A DNA stretch of 50,427 nt from an uncultured Slackia sp. (lineage in GTDB: Bacteria; Actinomycetota; Coriobacteriia; Coriobacteriales; Eggerthellaceae), in NCBI GenBank assembly GCA_963559755.1, contig CAUWMI010000019.1, positions 1 through 50,427 of the forward strand. The letters run 5' to 3'. Each line of letters starts with the position of its first letter. Position 1 is the first letter of the stretch. Shown here in pieces: positions 29,825-40,102 of this stretch. A program made the position numbers and the translations under genes. Under the pieces are notes generated by a model. That model saw only the letters and a list, made by a program, of their open reading frames with translations. It was not told the origin of the DNA and did no database searches.

Positions 29825-30483
29825 CCGAGCAGCTCTCCTTTGTATCGGCCCGTGATTGAGTATTCTACCCATTCCGCGATGTTTTGGGCATGGTCACCCA
29901 CACGTTCAAGATATTTCGCCACCATAAGCGCCTCCACGAGGTTCGTGGCAGGGTCGGTTGCCGATTGGATTCCCTTGACAATGTCGCGCTTCACGCGGTC
30001 GAACATCTCATTCACGCCGGAGTCCTCGACGATGGCCTGGCGGGCACGCTCCTCGTCGCGCTTCACGAAGGCGTCGGCGGCATCGTGGACGATGGTCGCG
30101 GCGCGGCGGCCCATCTTGGCGAGATGCTTGTGCAGCTTGGGGTCGAACTGCTCGCCTTCGAGCGTGATCACGATCTCGGCGATGTCGGCCGCCTGATCGG
30201 CGATGCGCTCCATATCGCCCACCATCTTGAGCGCGGCTGAGACGCGGCGAAGGTCGCCCGCCACCGGCTGCTGAGTGAGCAGCAGCTTCAGACACAGGCC
30301 CTCAATCTCGCGCTCCTGATGATCGATGTCGTCATCGCCCTCGACGATGGCCCGCGCGCGCTCCACATCGCGCGTCTCGAGCGCCTCGATAGCGCCCACC
30401 AGCGCCTCCTCCATCGACGACGAAAGCACCAGCATCTGCGCGTCGAGCAGGGCGAGCTGATTGTCAAAAACGGTACGCATCAT
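29821..30483 (-). CDS. phoU: Phosphate signalling protein PhoU
   Basis: QQPVAGDLR, DMERIADQA and LERVGDHAQNIAEWV motifs. Confidence 0.95.
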   Translation of the reverse strand: MMRTVFDNQLALLDAQMLVLSSSMEEALVGAIEALETRDVERARAIVEGDDDIDHQEREIEGLCLKLLLTQQPVAGDLRRVSAALKMVGDMERIADQAADIAEIVITLEGEQFDPKLHKHLAKMGRRAATIVHDAADAFVKRDEERARQAIVEDSGVNEMFDRVKRDIVKGIQSATDPATNLVEALMVAKYLERVGDHAQNIAEWVEYSITGRYKGELLG

Positions 30484-30488
30484 AAGAT

Positions 30489-31352
30489 TTAGCCGAACCT
30501 TCCCGTGATGTAGTCTTCGGTACGCTTATCCTTCGGATGGCTGAACAGGGTTTGCGTGACATCGTATTCCACCAGCTCACCCAGCAAGAAGAATGCGCAC
30601 ATGTCGGACACACGCGCGGCCTGCTGCATGTTGTGCGTCACCATGACCACGGTGTAATCCTTCTTGAGCTCAATCGCCAGCTCCTCGATGCGGCCGGTAG
30701 AAATCGGGTCCAGAGCGCTCGTGGCCTCGTCCATCAGCAGCACTTCGGGCTCCACCGCCAGGGCGCGCGCGATGCACAGACGCTGCTGCTGGCCGCCGGA
30801 AAGCTGCAGGGCACTCTTCTTCATGCAGTCTTTGACTTCGTCGAAGATGGCGGCCTTGCGCAGGGCGGTTTCCACGATCTCGTCCAGACGCGCCTTGTCC
30901 TTGATGCCGTGCGTGCGCGGGCCGAACGCCACGTTGTCGTACACGCTCATGGGAAACGGGTTCGCTTTCTGGAACACCATACCCACGCGCTTGCGCAGCA
31001 GGTTGACATCCATGTTCTTGCCGTAGATCTCGTCGCCGTCGATGGTAACGGAGCCCTCGATGCGGCACCCCTCCACCATATCGTTCATGCGGTTGAGCGA
31101 GCGCAGCAGCGTGGATTTGCCGCAGCCGGAAGGGCCGATGAACGAGGTGATCTGGCGCTCGGGGATGTCCATGTTGATGTTAAGAAGCGCGTGGAACTGA
31201 CCGTAGTACAGGTCGAGATCTTTCACCGCCATCTTGGTGCGGTGGGCCGAGGTCGGCGTCTCCCGGCGCTCAGGCACTGCGATGTCCACCTCCACGTCGG
31301 CGACAGCAATGCCCTCGGCTGCGGCGGGGGCCTCGGTATTGGCGTTGCTCAT
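30489..31352 (-). CDS. pstB: Phosphate ABC transporter ATPase PstB
   Basis: [31 protein letters not shown] and [10 protein letters not shown] motifs; ATG 31352 after AGAAAGGG. Confidence 0.96.
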   Translation of the reverse strand: MSNANTEAPAAAEGIAVADVEVDIAVPERRETPTSAHRTKMAVKDLDLYYGQFHALLNINMDIPERQITSFIGPSGCGKSTLLRSLNRMNDMVEGCRIEGSVTIDGDEIYGKNMDVNLLRKRVGMVFQKANPFPMSVYDNVAFGPRTHGIKDKARLDEIVETALRKAAIFDEVKDCMKKSALQLSGGQQQRLCIARALAVEPEVLLMDEATSALDPISTGRIEELAIELKKDYTVVMVTHNMQQAARVSDMCAFFLLGELVEYDVTQTLFSHPKDKRTEDYITGRFG

Positions 31353-31531
31353 GCATGCGCCCTTTCTCTTGCCAGTGTCGCGGCATCTTACATGCCGCCG
31401 CCCGCCGCGAGGCCGGATGCGCCGGAGCGCGGTCGCATTGCGGAACGGGCGCAGATACGTTCGAACATACGACAAGTGCCCACGACCACAGGGAGGGAGA
31501 GCGGTCGTAGGCACTCGCTCGACAAAGCCCG

Positions 31532-31585
31532 ACTTTACAATCGAGCCATCAAACGACTGTCACACGCGTGTCAAATCTTGGTAAA
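31532..31585 (-). promoter_or_regulatory. pstB-phoU-phoPR promoter with four PHO-box half-sites
   Basis: Minus-strand TTTACC, TTGACA, GTGACA and TTGATG at an 11-bp period (31580, 31569, 31558, 31547); -10 TAAAGT at the same spacing as at pstS. Confidence 0.72.
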
Positions 31586-32034
31586 GCGCAGGGTGCGGGC
31601 GCTCCTCCGGCCGCAAGAAGTCGGGCCGCATCGCGACAGGGCCGCCCAACGCTGGCGCGTGCAAGCCGTTTCGACCGCAAGAAGCTGATCCATATCGCAG
31701 CCAAGCCCGCTCACCCATCCAGCTGGGAAATAACCGCAACGCTCCGCCTTGCGAGATGTCACTTGAACCTCATCTGCAAATCCCCGGCTCAAAGCATGGT
31801 TTATTCCTAGGTTTATTCAAATAAACGAAAACTTTTCGCATGGCCGATGCGCAGCAATCGCCCGCGGTGCATGATGCGATCCGTCGCCGGCAACCGCATA
31901 GGAAGCGATGCCGACGGGCAGTTCGAAGACGCGCGGAAACGCAATCTTCGAAACCCCTCCTTCGCCCGTCGCCGTCAACCTTGTGCGCGATGCCCAAAGG
32001 CGACCATCAGCCAACAGCAAGGAAGGGATACATC

Positions 32035-33660
32035 ATGACCGCAAACGTTACGCGTCGCGACTTGTTCAAGTTCGGCGGAATCGCCGCCGCGGGCGCTCTG
32101 GGCGCCGGCGCGCTTGTCGGATGCGCGCCCACCGCGGCTTCCGACTCGTCCGCCTCTGCCGACACCGAGGCCTCCAACACCCCTGAGTTTCTCAAGCAGC
32201 CCGAACCTATCACCGAATTCGCCGAACCCAAGGAGTTCGATGTCGTGGTCGTGGGTGCCGGCGAATCCGGACTTTCCGCCGCGCACACCGCCCAGGAAGC
32301 AGGCGCGCATGTGGCCGTCGTCCAGAACATCGGCACCGCCCAGACTACGGGCAACATGGGCGCATCCGTCGACCTGGACAAAACCGACGAAGCAGGAGTC
32401 CAGGCTGCCGTCCAGTTCCTAATGGAGAAGAACGCCTATCGCTCCAACCGCAAGCTGCTCGAAGCGTGGGCGCACAACTCTCATGAGGCCATCCACTGGT
32501 GGGCCGACTGCGCAGCCGCCCGCGGCGTGGAATCTAAGCCTTTCGACTCCTCCAAGGAATACAACGGCTACACCTTCTATCTGCACGCCAACACGTATAA
32601 CCACATGGACGGCGCGCACAACGATGCCGCAATGGTCATCGCCGAGCAGCTTGCTGAAGACGGCGTAGAGTTCTTCTACAACAGCCCCGCCGTGCAGATT
32701 TACAAAGAGGACAACCGCGTGACTGGTGTCATCTGCAAGAATGAGGATGATTCCTACACGCTGTACAAAGCCGCCAAGGGCGTCATTCTCGCCTCCGGCG
32801 ACTGCTCCGGCAACGAGGAGATGCGCAACTACTACTGCCCCGACCTGCGCGGCTTCAAGACCATGTCCGAGTTCCGCGACGGCATGGGCATGGCGGCTGG
32901 CATGTGGGCAGGCGCTCAGATGACCCCGATCAACCACTCCAAGATGGTTCACGGCGGTGGCGTGCTCACGCGCCTGCAGGTGCCTTTCCTCAACCTGGAC
33001 ATCCATGGCGAGCGCTTCATGAACGAGGTGCTGAGTTTCGCCTACCTGAACAACCTGATGCGCGATTACCTGGCCGAGTATGATTATCAGAACTCCATGG
33101 CTGCCAAGTTCTTCACCATCATGCCCGCGAACTGGCTCGAGATCGGCGAGAAGTGGGTCGAGGAGGACCCCTCCGAGGTACAGATGGGCGTTGGCAACGG
33201 TGGCATCCCCGACGAGAGTCAGCTGATTAAGGCCGACACCCTCGAGGAGCTTGCCAGCGCGATCAACAAGTACATGGAGGACGAGGCCTGGGGCATCAAT
33301 CCCATCGATGAGGCCACCATCGTTGAGAGCATCAAGCACTACAACGAGCTGTGCGCCACCGGCATGGACACCGAGTTCGGTAAGCGTGCGAAGTACCTGG
33401 TGCCCATCGAGGAGGGCCCGTTCTACGCTGTTCCTCGCGGCGCCAACAGCGTGCCCGCCATCCTGGGCGGCCTGATTGTGGACGAAAACCAGCAGTGCCT
33501 GGACGCCGAGGGCGCACCAATCGAGGGCTTCTTCGCCGTGGGCAACGCTTCCGGCCAGTTCTACGGCGGTGTTGACTACCCCATGGACGTCGAGGGCCTC
33601 TCCGTGGGTCGCGCCATCACTTCCGGTTTCGTGACCGGCCGCTACGTGGCAAGCCTGTAG
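32035..33660 (+). CDS. Tat-exported FAD-dependent reductase, flavocytochrome c / fumarate reductase flavoprotein superfamily (probable lipoprotein)
   Basis: ATG 32035 after GGAAGGG; TRRDLF signal, LVGC lipobox, VGAGESG, GERFMNE and GFFAVGN motifs. Confidence 0.9.
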   Translation: MTANVTRRDLFKFGGIAAAGALGAGALVGCAPTAASDSSASADTEASNTPEFLKQPEPITEFAEPKEFDVVVVGAGESGLSAAHTAQEAGAHVAVVQNIGTAQTTGNMGASVDLDKTDEAGVQAAVQFLMEKNAYRSNRKLLEAWAHNSHEAIHWWADCAAARGVESKPFDSSKEYNGYTFYLHANTYNHMDGAHNDAAMVIAEQLAEDGVEFFYNSPAVQIYKEDNRVTGVICKNEDDSYTLYKAAKGVILASGDCSGNEEMRNYYCPDLRGFKTMSEFRDGMGMAAGMWAGAQMTPINHSKMVHGGGVLTRLQVPFLNLDIHGERFMNEVLSFAYLNNLMRDYLAEYDYQNSMAAKFFTIMPANWLEIGEKWVEEDPSEVQMGVGNGGIPDESQLIKADTLEELASAINKYMEDEAWGINPIDEATIVESIKHYNELCATGMDTEFGKRAKYLVPIEEGPFYAVPRGANSVPAILGGLIVDENQQCLDAEGAPIEGFFAVGNASGQFYGGVDYPMDVEGLSVGRAITSGFVTGRYVASL

Positions 33661-33792
33661 AGCCGACCTTGCTTCTGGGAAGGCAATCGGCCCCTCCTGC
33701 CCCTCCTGGTACCGTCTTCCCAGAACTCCAACAATGCCTCCCTTTGCCGGCGTGCCTATCCATCCCCTCCTTGTGCGCGCCGGCTCCTCCTG

Positions 33793-33833
33793 ACAAGCGC
33801 GCTGATTCCCAGGATCAGCGCGCTTGTGTCTTT
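33793..33833 (+). terminator. Terminator after the second flavoprotein
   Basis: 14-bp perfect stem ACAAGCGCGCTGAT / ATCAGCGCGCTTGT followed by GTCTTT. Confidence 0.7.
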
Positions 33834-34019
33834 GCGGGTGCAGGAAAAGCGTCCCGGCCTTCCGAATCGCCCAAACCTCGAGGATAGCATTCCCGGGAAG
33901 TTTGCCACCACAGAGGCAAAGACGCAGCTCGTCCCATTTGTGAGCAGGCCGAGCCGCGTAGCGCCTCTTTGCGCTGGGCCCCATCGTCGCTCGATGTCAT
34001 CTCACGCTATAATCGCTTT

Positions 34020-35438
34020 ATGAATAAGCGACGACATACTCCGCCCAAGCCACGCATCGATCATCTTGAGCAGATGATTCCCTATATTTTTTCCCTTGGC
34101 TGTGCCCGTGCATGGATGACGCTTCTATTCGCCGCGCCACGCTCCGATTTGAACCTGGTCTTCGACCCCCATATCATCTTCGACTATTCGTATGTCGTGG
34201 TGGGTGTTGCCATAGCACTGCTTGCCAGACGGCTTTCGCCCCTACAGGAGCAGCCGTGGAGCAAAGCCGCGGCTGCAGGTGGGATGATTGCGGCATCGCT
34301 GTGCGTTATCGCATCCACGGTATCAAGCGAATATGCTGTTGCGCTTGGTGTCATTGGGGCCTTACTGGGAGGATTAGGATTCTGCGTGTTCCTCCTGCTC
34401 AATTCAGAGGCGCTGTTTCCGCTCAGCCTCATTCGCATCCTGCTCTATCTTGCCGCATCGCGGTTCTTTGCGGTACCCATCGTGTTTTTCTGCGAAGGCA
34501 TGGACAGCGTCCGCTTCGTGTTCGCCCTTATCGTTTTGCCCCTGATCGCCACCGCATGCGTATCCTTCGCGTACAAATGCACGTCCGCCTCGGAACGGCC
34601 TCCGCGCGTGTACCCCAAATTCGTCTTTCCCTGGAAGCCGCTTGCCTTGTTTGCCGTTTTCTCTTTTGCATACGGCATGCGCGAGCAGCAAATCGCCTTT
34701 GGCGGAGGCATCCATTCTTCCATTTCGACCGCAATAATCATGGGTCTCGTGTTCGTTGCCGTGTGCTTCTTCTCGGATAAGTTCAGCTTCAGCGCGCTCT
34801 ACCGCTCCCCTGTATTTCTTCTGGCCTGCGGGTTGCTGCTTATTCCTGCCGAGGGACTACTGGGAACATACATTTCGGGGTATCTCATTTCTATGAGCGT
34901 CTCCCTCATGAGCCTTCTGATTTCACTCGTGTTCTACGACCTGGCAAAACGCATGGGCATTGCCATCATTGCTTTGATGGGCATGGAGCGCATCGATAAG
35001 ATTTTCATTGTATGGGGCAACGATTGCGCGGACCTGCTTTCCGAAGCGCTCCCAAGCCATCTTGTGCAGGAAGTCATTACTCTGGTGCTTATCCTTGCTC
35101 TTATAATTGCCTGTGCACTGCTTCTGTATAAAAACGGCTGGATAGACTGGGGCGGCCGTCTTGTCACATCTGACAATTTAACCGCCGATGCTATTCGCGA
35201 AGAAAGACTGAGCGCGCGTTGCGATGAAATTTCCAAGCAGTGCCGCCTCACTCCGCGCGAAGATGAAATCCTGCGCCTGCTCGCACGCGGCAAAACCTAT
35301 GCCGAAATCGAGAAAGAGCTGTTCATCGCCTCGGGAACCCTCAAGGCTCACACGCATCACATCTACACCAAAACGGGCGTCAGCGGCAAAAAGGAACTTG
35401 CCGCACTGTTTGAGACGCAGGGGTCACAAGCGAAATAG
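34020..35438 (+). CDS. Multi-transmembrane LuxR-family transcriptional regulator
   Basis: Hydrophobic N-terminal domain and LTPREDEILRLLARGK...TLKAHTHHIYTK; ATG 34020. Confidence 0.88.
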   Translation: MNKRRHTPPKPRIDHLEQMIPYIFSLGCARAWMTLLFAAPRSDLNLVFDPHIIFDYSYVVVGVAIALLARRLSPLQEQPWSKAAAAGGMIAASLCVIASTVSSEYAVALGVIGALLGGLGFCVFLLLNSEALFPLSLIRILLYLAASRFFAVPIVFFCEGMDSVRFVFALIVLPLIATACVSFAYKCTSASERPPRVYPKFVFPWKPLALFAVFSFAYGMREQQIAFGGGIHSSISTAIIMGLVFVAVCFFSDKFSFSALYRSPVFLLACGLLLIPAEGLLGTYISGYLISMSVSLMSLLISLVFYDLAKRMGIAIIALMGMERIDKIFIVWGNDCADLLSEALPSHLVQEVITLVLILALIIACALLLYKNGWIDWGGRLVTSDNLTADAIREERLSARCDEISKQCRLTPREDEILRLLARGKTYAEIEKELFIASGTLKAHTHHIYTKTGVSGKKELAALFETQGSQAK

Positions 35439-35446
35439 CGGGGCGT

Positions 35447-36307
35447 CTATCGAGCTGCCATCTCCGCCGCCTCGACCACGTGTTTCATGAGCACGCTGGT
35501 GGTCACGCCGCCGATGCCGCGGGGCACGGGCGTGATGGCACCTGCATCACCGAGCGCCTCGCAGGCTGCGTCGAAATCGGCATCGCCGCACATGACACCC
35601 GCCGCGTCGAAGTTGATGCCCACATCAAGCACCGTTTGACCCGGCCGGAAACACTTTGCCCCATAGGCACGAGCGCGGCCCGTCGCAAGCACCACGATAT
35701 CGGCATCGCGCATGGCTGCCGCCACGTCATCGGTGCGAGAATGACACAGCGTGACCGTGGCGTGGCGCTCCATCAAGAGCATGGCGACGGGGCGGCCGAT
35801 GACCAGGCTGCGCCCCACCACCGCAGCGCGCTTGCCCGCAATCTCAATATCGTAATGGTCGAGCACCTCAAGGCAGGCTGCCGCCGTGCAGGGGGCAAAC
35901 CCGTTGCCGCGGCCCGAAAACACACGGGCAAGCGATCCGAGCCCCGCTCCGTCCACATCTTTGCGAGAATCAAGCGCGTCGCAGGCGGCCTGTTCGTCAA
36001 GATGCGACGGAAGGGGGCGAAACATCAGGCACCCATGAATGGAATCATCCGCATTTACCTGGGAAATCGTCTCCATAAGCTGGGCCTGGGAGGCTTAGCC
36101 GGGCAGCACCCCGCGGCGCACGGCTATCCCTAAAGACTCCGCACGCTTGAGCGCCGTTCGTTCGTAGGACATGTCGTCGGGGCGCTCCCCCACGCGCACG
36201 ATAGCAAGCGTCGGCGTGATGCCTCGCTGCGCAAGCGCCTCGACGCGCGATTGCATTTCGGCGGCAATCGCGTCAATCACTGGTTTCCCGAAAAGCAGGT
36301 TTGGCAT
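35447..36307 (-). pseudogene. folD: Methylene-THF dehydrogenase/cyclohydrolase with an in-frame TAA at 36095-36097
   Basis: The two ORF-track pieces share one frame: ...VLPG-TAA-ASQAQL-METISQVNADD.... Joined they span 287 codons with KDVDG, PCT, GRSLVIGRP, DVGIN and TPVPRGIG motifs. Confidence 0.85.
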
Positions 36308-36401
36308 GGCTTCTGCTCCGATCATCTTGCGCACTTAAGACATGTTCCGGCAATTTTATCTATGGCACCGCAGCAACAAAGCACAGCTGACCAATTTCAC
36401 C

Positions 36402-36436
36402 AAAACAAAACGCCGCCAAATCGCGGCGGCGTTTTG
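36402..36436 (-). terminator. Terminator after fhs-fchA
   Basis: CAAAACGCCGCC / GGCGGCGTTTTG stem with a T-rich tail on the minus strand. Confidence 0.7.
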
Positions 36437-36463
36437 CTCGAGTGCAATCCTTTGAAGGATGAG

Positions 36464-37084
36464 CTATTTGCTCGTTACCTCGTGGCGTACGTAGTCATAG
36501 AGCACGTCGGCCGGGTACGAGAACGATTTGACCAGGTCTTTCGCCTCGCGCTCGAACGCCTCGGCCGTCGGCGCGTCATCCATCATGGCCGTGTTCACGT
36601 ATACGTTGAGGGCAGCGGCCTCCATCGCACCCTTGGCAAGCGCGGCAGACGCTCCCACATCAGACAGGGCCAAACGCGATGCGTTGTGGGCCAAGAAATC
36701 ATCGAGCTCGATGACCTTGGAGCACACGCGCATGATCTGCAGCGGAACCTCGCAGGCGGAAACCAGCGCCCTTTGACCCGCATCGTGACGCAGCTGCTGC
36801 TGCATCGGCGTCGTCTTGGGCATCTTCCACGTGCGCGCCAGCGCCGAAAACGCCTTGGCATCCTCCTCCACCAGATGGAGCAGTTCCTCGCGACATGCCT
36901 TGAGCTGGGAAAGAACGCCCTTAAGGTCGTCCTGCACCGCAGCATACTGCTGCTTGCCCAGCGTGAGATTGCCCACCATGGCCCCAAGTGCCGCGGCAAG
37001 CGCGCCCGCATACGCGCTCGCTCCGCCACCCCCAGGCGTAGGGGCAGCGGAGGCGACCGCCTCTACAAACTTCTTATCGGGCAT
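36464..37084 (-). CDS. fchA: Cyclodeaminase/cyclohydrolase family protein (FTCD_C; methenyl-THF cyclohydrolase)
   Basis: PTPGGGGASA, MVGNLT, DAKAF, SDVG and AALNVYVN motifs; translationally coupled to fhs. Confidence 0.85.
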   Translation of the reverse strand: MPDKKFVEAVASAAPTPGGGGASAYAGALAAALGAMVGNLTLGKQQYAAVQDDLKGVLSQLKACREELLHLVEEDAKAFSALARTWKMPKTTPMQQQLRHDAGQRALVSACEVPLQIMRVCSKVIELDDFLAHNASRLALSDVGASAALAKGAMEAAALNVYVNTAMMDDAPTAEAFEREAKDLVKSFSYPADVLYDYVRHEVTSK

Positions 37085-38772
37085 TAGAAGAGCCCCGAGA
37101 TCTTGCCGGTCTCATCCACATCGATGTGCACAGCGGCGGGATCTTTGCCCAGGCCAGGCATGGTCATGATGTCGCCCGTGAGCGCCACCACAAATCCGGC
37201 GCCCGCCGACACCTTGACGTTGCGCACCGTGATGCGGAACCCGCGCGGCGCGCCCAGAAGCTTGGGGTCGTCCGAGAAGCTGTACTGGGTCTTGGCCATG
37301 CACACCGGCATGCCGCCGAAGCCCAGGTCCTCGAGCTGAGCCAGCTGCTTCTTGGCATTGGGCGTGAAGTCAACGCCGTCGGCGTGATAAACGCGCGTGG
37401 CGATGGCTTCGATCTTCTCGGCCAGGCTCGCATCGTCGGGGTAGCAGAACTCAAACGTGGAAGCGCTGCGGCCCTCGGCATCGCCCTGCTCGCACAGACG
37501 CACCACTTCCTCGGCGAGCGCCATGCCGCCCTCGCCGCCACGCGCTGCCACCTCGGAGCGAACAGCGTCCACGCCCAGCTCGCGGCACTTGCGCTCAACG
37601 AGCTCGAGCTCGGCATCGGTGTCATGCGGGAAGCGGTTGATGGCCACCACGCAGGGCAGCTTGTATACGTTGGTGATGTTGTTCACATGCTGCAGCAGGT
37701 TGGGCAAACCGGCCTCAAGCGCCTCGAGATTCTCCTCGGTGACCTGCGCCTTAGGCACGCCGCCGTGGTTCTTGAGCGCGCGCACCGTGGCAACCACCAC
37801 AACCGCGTCGGGCTTAAGCCCCGCCAGACGGCACTTGATGTCCAGGAACTTCTCCGCACCCAGGTCGGCACCGAAGCCGGCCTCGGTCACGCAGTAATCG
37901 CCGAGCGCCATAGCCATGCGCGTGGCCATGATAGAGTTGCAGCCGTGGGCGATGTTGGCGAAGGGGCCGCCATGCACGAACGCCGGCGTGCCCTCGAGCG
38001 TCTGCACCAGGTTGGGCTTGAGCGCGTCTTTGAGCAGCGCGCACATAGCACCCTGCGCGTGGAGCTGACCTGCGGTGATGGGCTGATCGTCACGCGTGTA
38101 GCCCACCACGATGCGGGCCAGGCGCTCCTTGAGGTCGGAGATGCTCGTGGCCAGGCAGAAGATGGCCATGACCTCGGACGCCACGGTGATGTCGAAGCCG
38201 TCCTCGCGCGGTACGCCGTGGGCCTTGCCGCCCAGGCCGCACACGATGTTGCGCAGCTGGCGGTCGTTCATATCCACGCAGCGCTTCCAGGTGATCTTGC
38301 GCACGTCAAAGCCGAGCGCGTTGCCCTGCTGGATGTGGTTGTCGATCATCGCGGCCAGGAGGTTGTTGGCCGCGCCGATGGCATGAAAGTCACCCGTGAA
38401 GTGCAGATTGATGTCTTCCATAGGGATGACCTGGGCATATCCGCCGCCCGCAGCGCCGCCCTTGATGCCGAATACGGGCCCCAGGCTGGGCTCGCGCAGC
38501 GCCGCCACGACGTTCTTGCCAATCTTGCGCAGGCCGTCGGCCAGGCCCACCGTGGTGGTGGTTTTGCCCTCGCCGGCGGGCGTCGGGTTGATTGCCGTCA
38601 CCAGAATCAGCTTGCCGGGCTCGTGCGGATGGTCGTTCAGCAGGTTGTAGTCGACCTTGGCCTTATAGTTGCCGTACATCTCCAAATACTCCTGCGGCAC
38701 GCCGGCGCGCTCGGCAATCTTGGAGATATGCTCGGGGGTCACGGACTGGGCAATTTCAATGTCGGTCAACAC
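37084..38772 (-). CDS. fhs: Formate--tetrahydrofolate ligase
   Basis: GTG start at 38772; [39 protein letters not shown] and AKTQYSFSD motifs. Confidence 0.97.
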   Translation of the reverse strand: MLTDIEIAQSVTPEHISKIAERAGVPQEYLEMYGNYKAKVDYNLLNDHPHEPGKLILVTAINPTPAGEGKTTTTVGLADGLRKIGKNVVAALREPSLGPVFGIKGGAAGGGYAQVIPMEDINLHFTGDFHAIGAANNLLAAMIDNHIQQGNALGFDVRKITWKRCVDMNDRQLRNIVCGLGGKAHGVPREDGFDITVASEVMAIFCLATSISDLKERLARIVVGYTRDDQPITAGQLHAQGAMCALLKDALKPNLVQTLEGTPAFVHGGPFANIAHGCNSIMATRMAMALGDYCVTEAGFGADLGAEKFLDIKCRLAGLKPDAVVVVATVRALKNHGGVPKAQVTEENLEALEAGLPNLLQHVNNITNVYKLPCVVAINRFPHDTDAELELVERKCRELGVDAVRSEVAARGGEGGMALAEEVVRLCEQGDAEGRSASTFEFCYPDDASLAEKIEAIATRVYHADGVDFTPNAKKQLAQLEDLGFGGMPVCMAKTQYSFSDDPKLLGAPRGFRITVRNVKVSAGAGFVVALTGDIMTMPGLGKDPAAVHIDVDETGKISGLF

Positions 38773-39270
38773 TTCGGGCCCTTCCTTCCTTGGGAGACGG
38801 CGGCGTCCGAGCGCGCACCCGACCCATAGGACGGCGGGGCGCGAGAGGACGCACGATGATTGGGATTGGCACATTGTACCTGTCGGGGCGCCGGTCGCTG
38901 GGCTGCTGCAACGTTTCCTTGACAAGCGGCACGAAAACCCCGGATGCGGCACTCGCGTCGCCGCGCGCCCGCCCCCTCGCCTCGACAATGGCGCGCCCAT
39001 CTTCATGATGGCATCGGGTCGCCGTGCGCTTACCCCACCCCTCACCCGGCATCACCACTCTTTCCTTTCCGACGACCTCACCTCCACATCTCCCGGCAAT
39101 CGCATGCCCACATCCCCGGCGAACACGCGTCCAGCCCCGTCAACAGCGCGGCAACCGTTTTGCGGAAGCGCCCGATTCCGGCGTAAGACGCGAGGTCGCG
39201 TGCTATGATGCAGAAAAACAAGCGCGCCTGGCCGCGCCCGCAGCTGATGTATTCAACCGAAGGACACGCC

Positions 39271-39963
39271 ATGAATGAAGAAGCTGAGTCCATCCTCATC
39301 GTCGACGACGAGCAATCCATCACCGATTTCGTTTCGTACAGCCTCATGAAAGAGGGCTTCCGCGTAGACGTGGCCGCGAACGGCGAAGACGCGCTCGCGC
39401 TTGCCATGCGCAAGAAGTATGACCTGTTCGTGCTGGATATCATGCTGCCCGGCATGGACGGCTATGAGCTGTGTCGCCGGCTGCGCGCCCGCACCACGGC
39501 GCCTGTGCTGTTCCTTTCCGCGCGCGACACCGAGCTCGATAAGGTCGTGGGTCTGGAGATCGGCGGCGACGACTACCTGGCCAAGCCGTTCGGCGTGCGC
39601 GAGCTCATCGCCCGCGTGCGCGCTCTACTGCGTCGCGGCACCATGGATTCCGCATCCAACTCCGGCGCGCTCACCGCGGCGGGCATCACGCTCGACGAGG
39701 ATCGCCACACGGCGGTTGGCCCGCACGGCTCCATCGACCTCACCCCGCGCGAGTTCGAGCTGCTCGCGGCTCTCATGAAGGACGCCGGCAAGGTGGTCAC
39801 GCGCGAAGAGCTGCTGCGCGAGGCCTGGGGCTGGGAATACATCACCGAGACGAAGACCGTCGACACGCACATCAAGCGCTTGCGCGACAAGCTCTCGGCG
39901 GCGGGGTTCGACGCCGGCGTCATCGAGACGGTGCGCGGCTACGGCTATCGCCTGCGCGCGTAG
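39271..39963 (+). CDS. OmpR-family response regulator
   Basis: VDDE, LDIMLP, GGDDYLAKPF and TKTVDTHIKRLRDKL motifs; ATG 39271 after GAAGGA. Confidence 0.92.
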   Translation: MNEEAESILIVDDEQSITDFVSYSLMKEGFRVDVAANGEDALALAMRKKYDLFVLDIMLPGMDGYELCRRLRARTTAPVLFLSARDTELDKVVGLEIGGDDYLAKPFGVRELIARVRALLRRGTMDSASNSGALTAAGITLDEDRHTAVGPHGSIDLTPREFELLAALMKDAGKVVTREELLREAWGWEYITETKTVDTHIKRLRDKLSAAGFDAGVIETVRGYGYRLRA

Positions 39964-40102
39964 CCTAGGAGCAAAACATGGTGTCTGACGCACATACGCA
40001 TAATCGGCCTACCCCCCTCCCGATGCGCTTTTTGCGCTTGCAGGCGAGGCGGGGCAGCGCGACGCGCGCGCACGGCAGGCGAGCGATAGGGCGGGTCGGT
40101 CG

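Noticed and set aside
38773-39200. THF or ZTP riboswitch upstream of fhs
   Set aside because: Neither consensus could be matched; a TACAAT box near 38875 leaves only a short leader.
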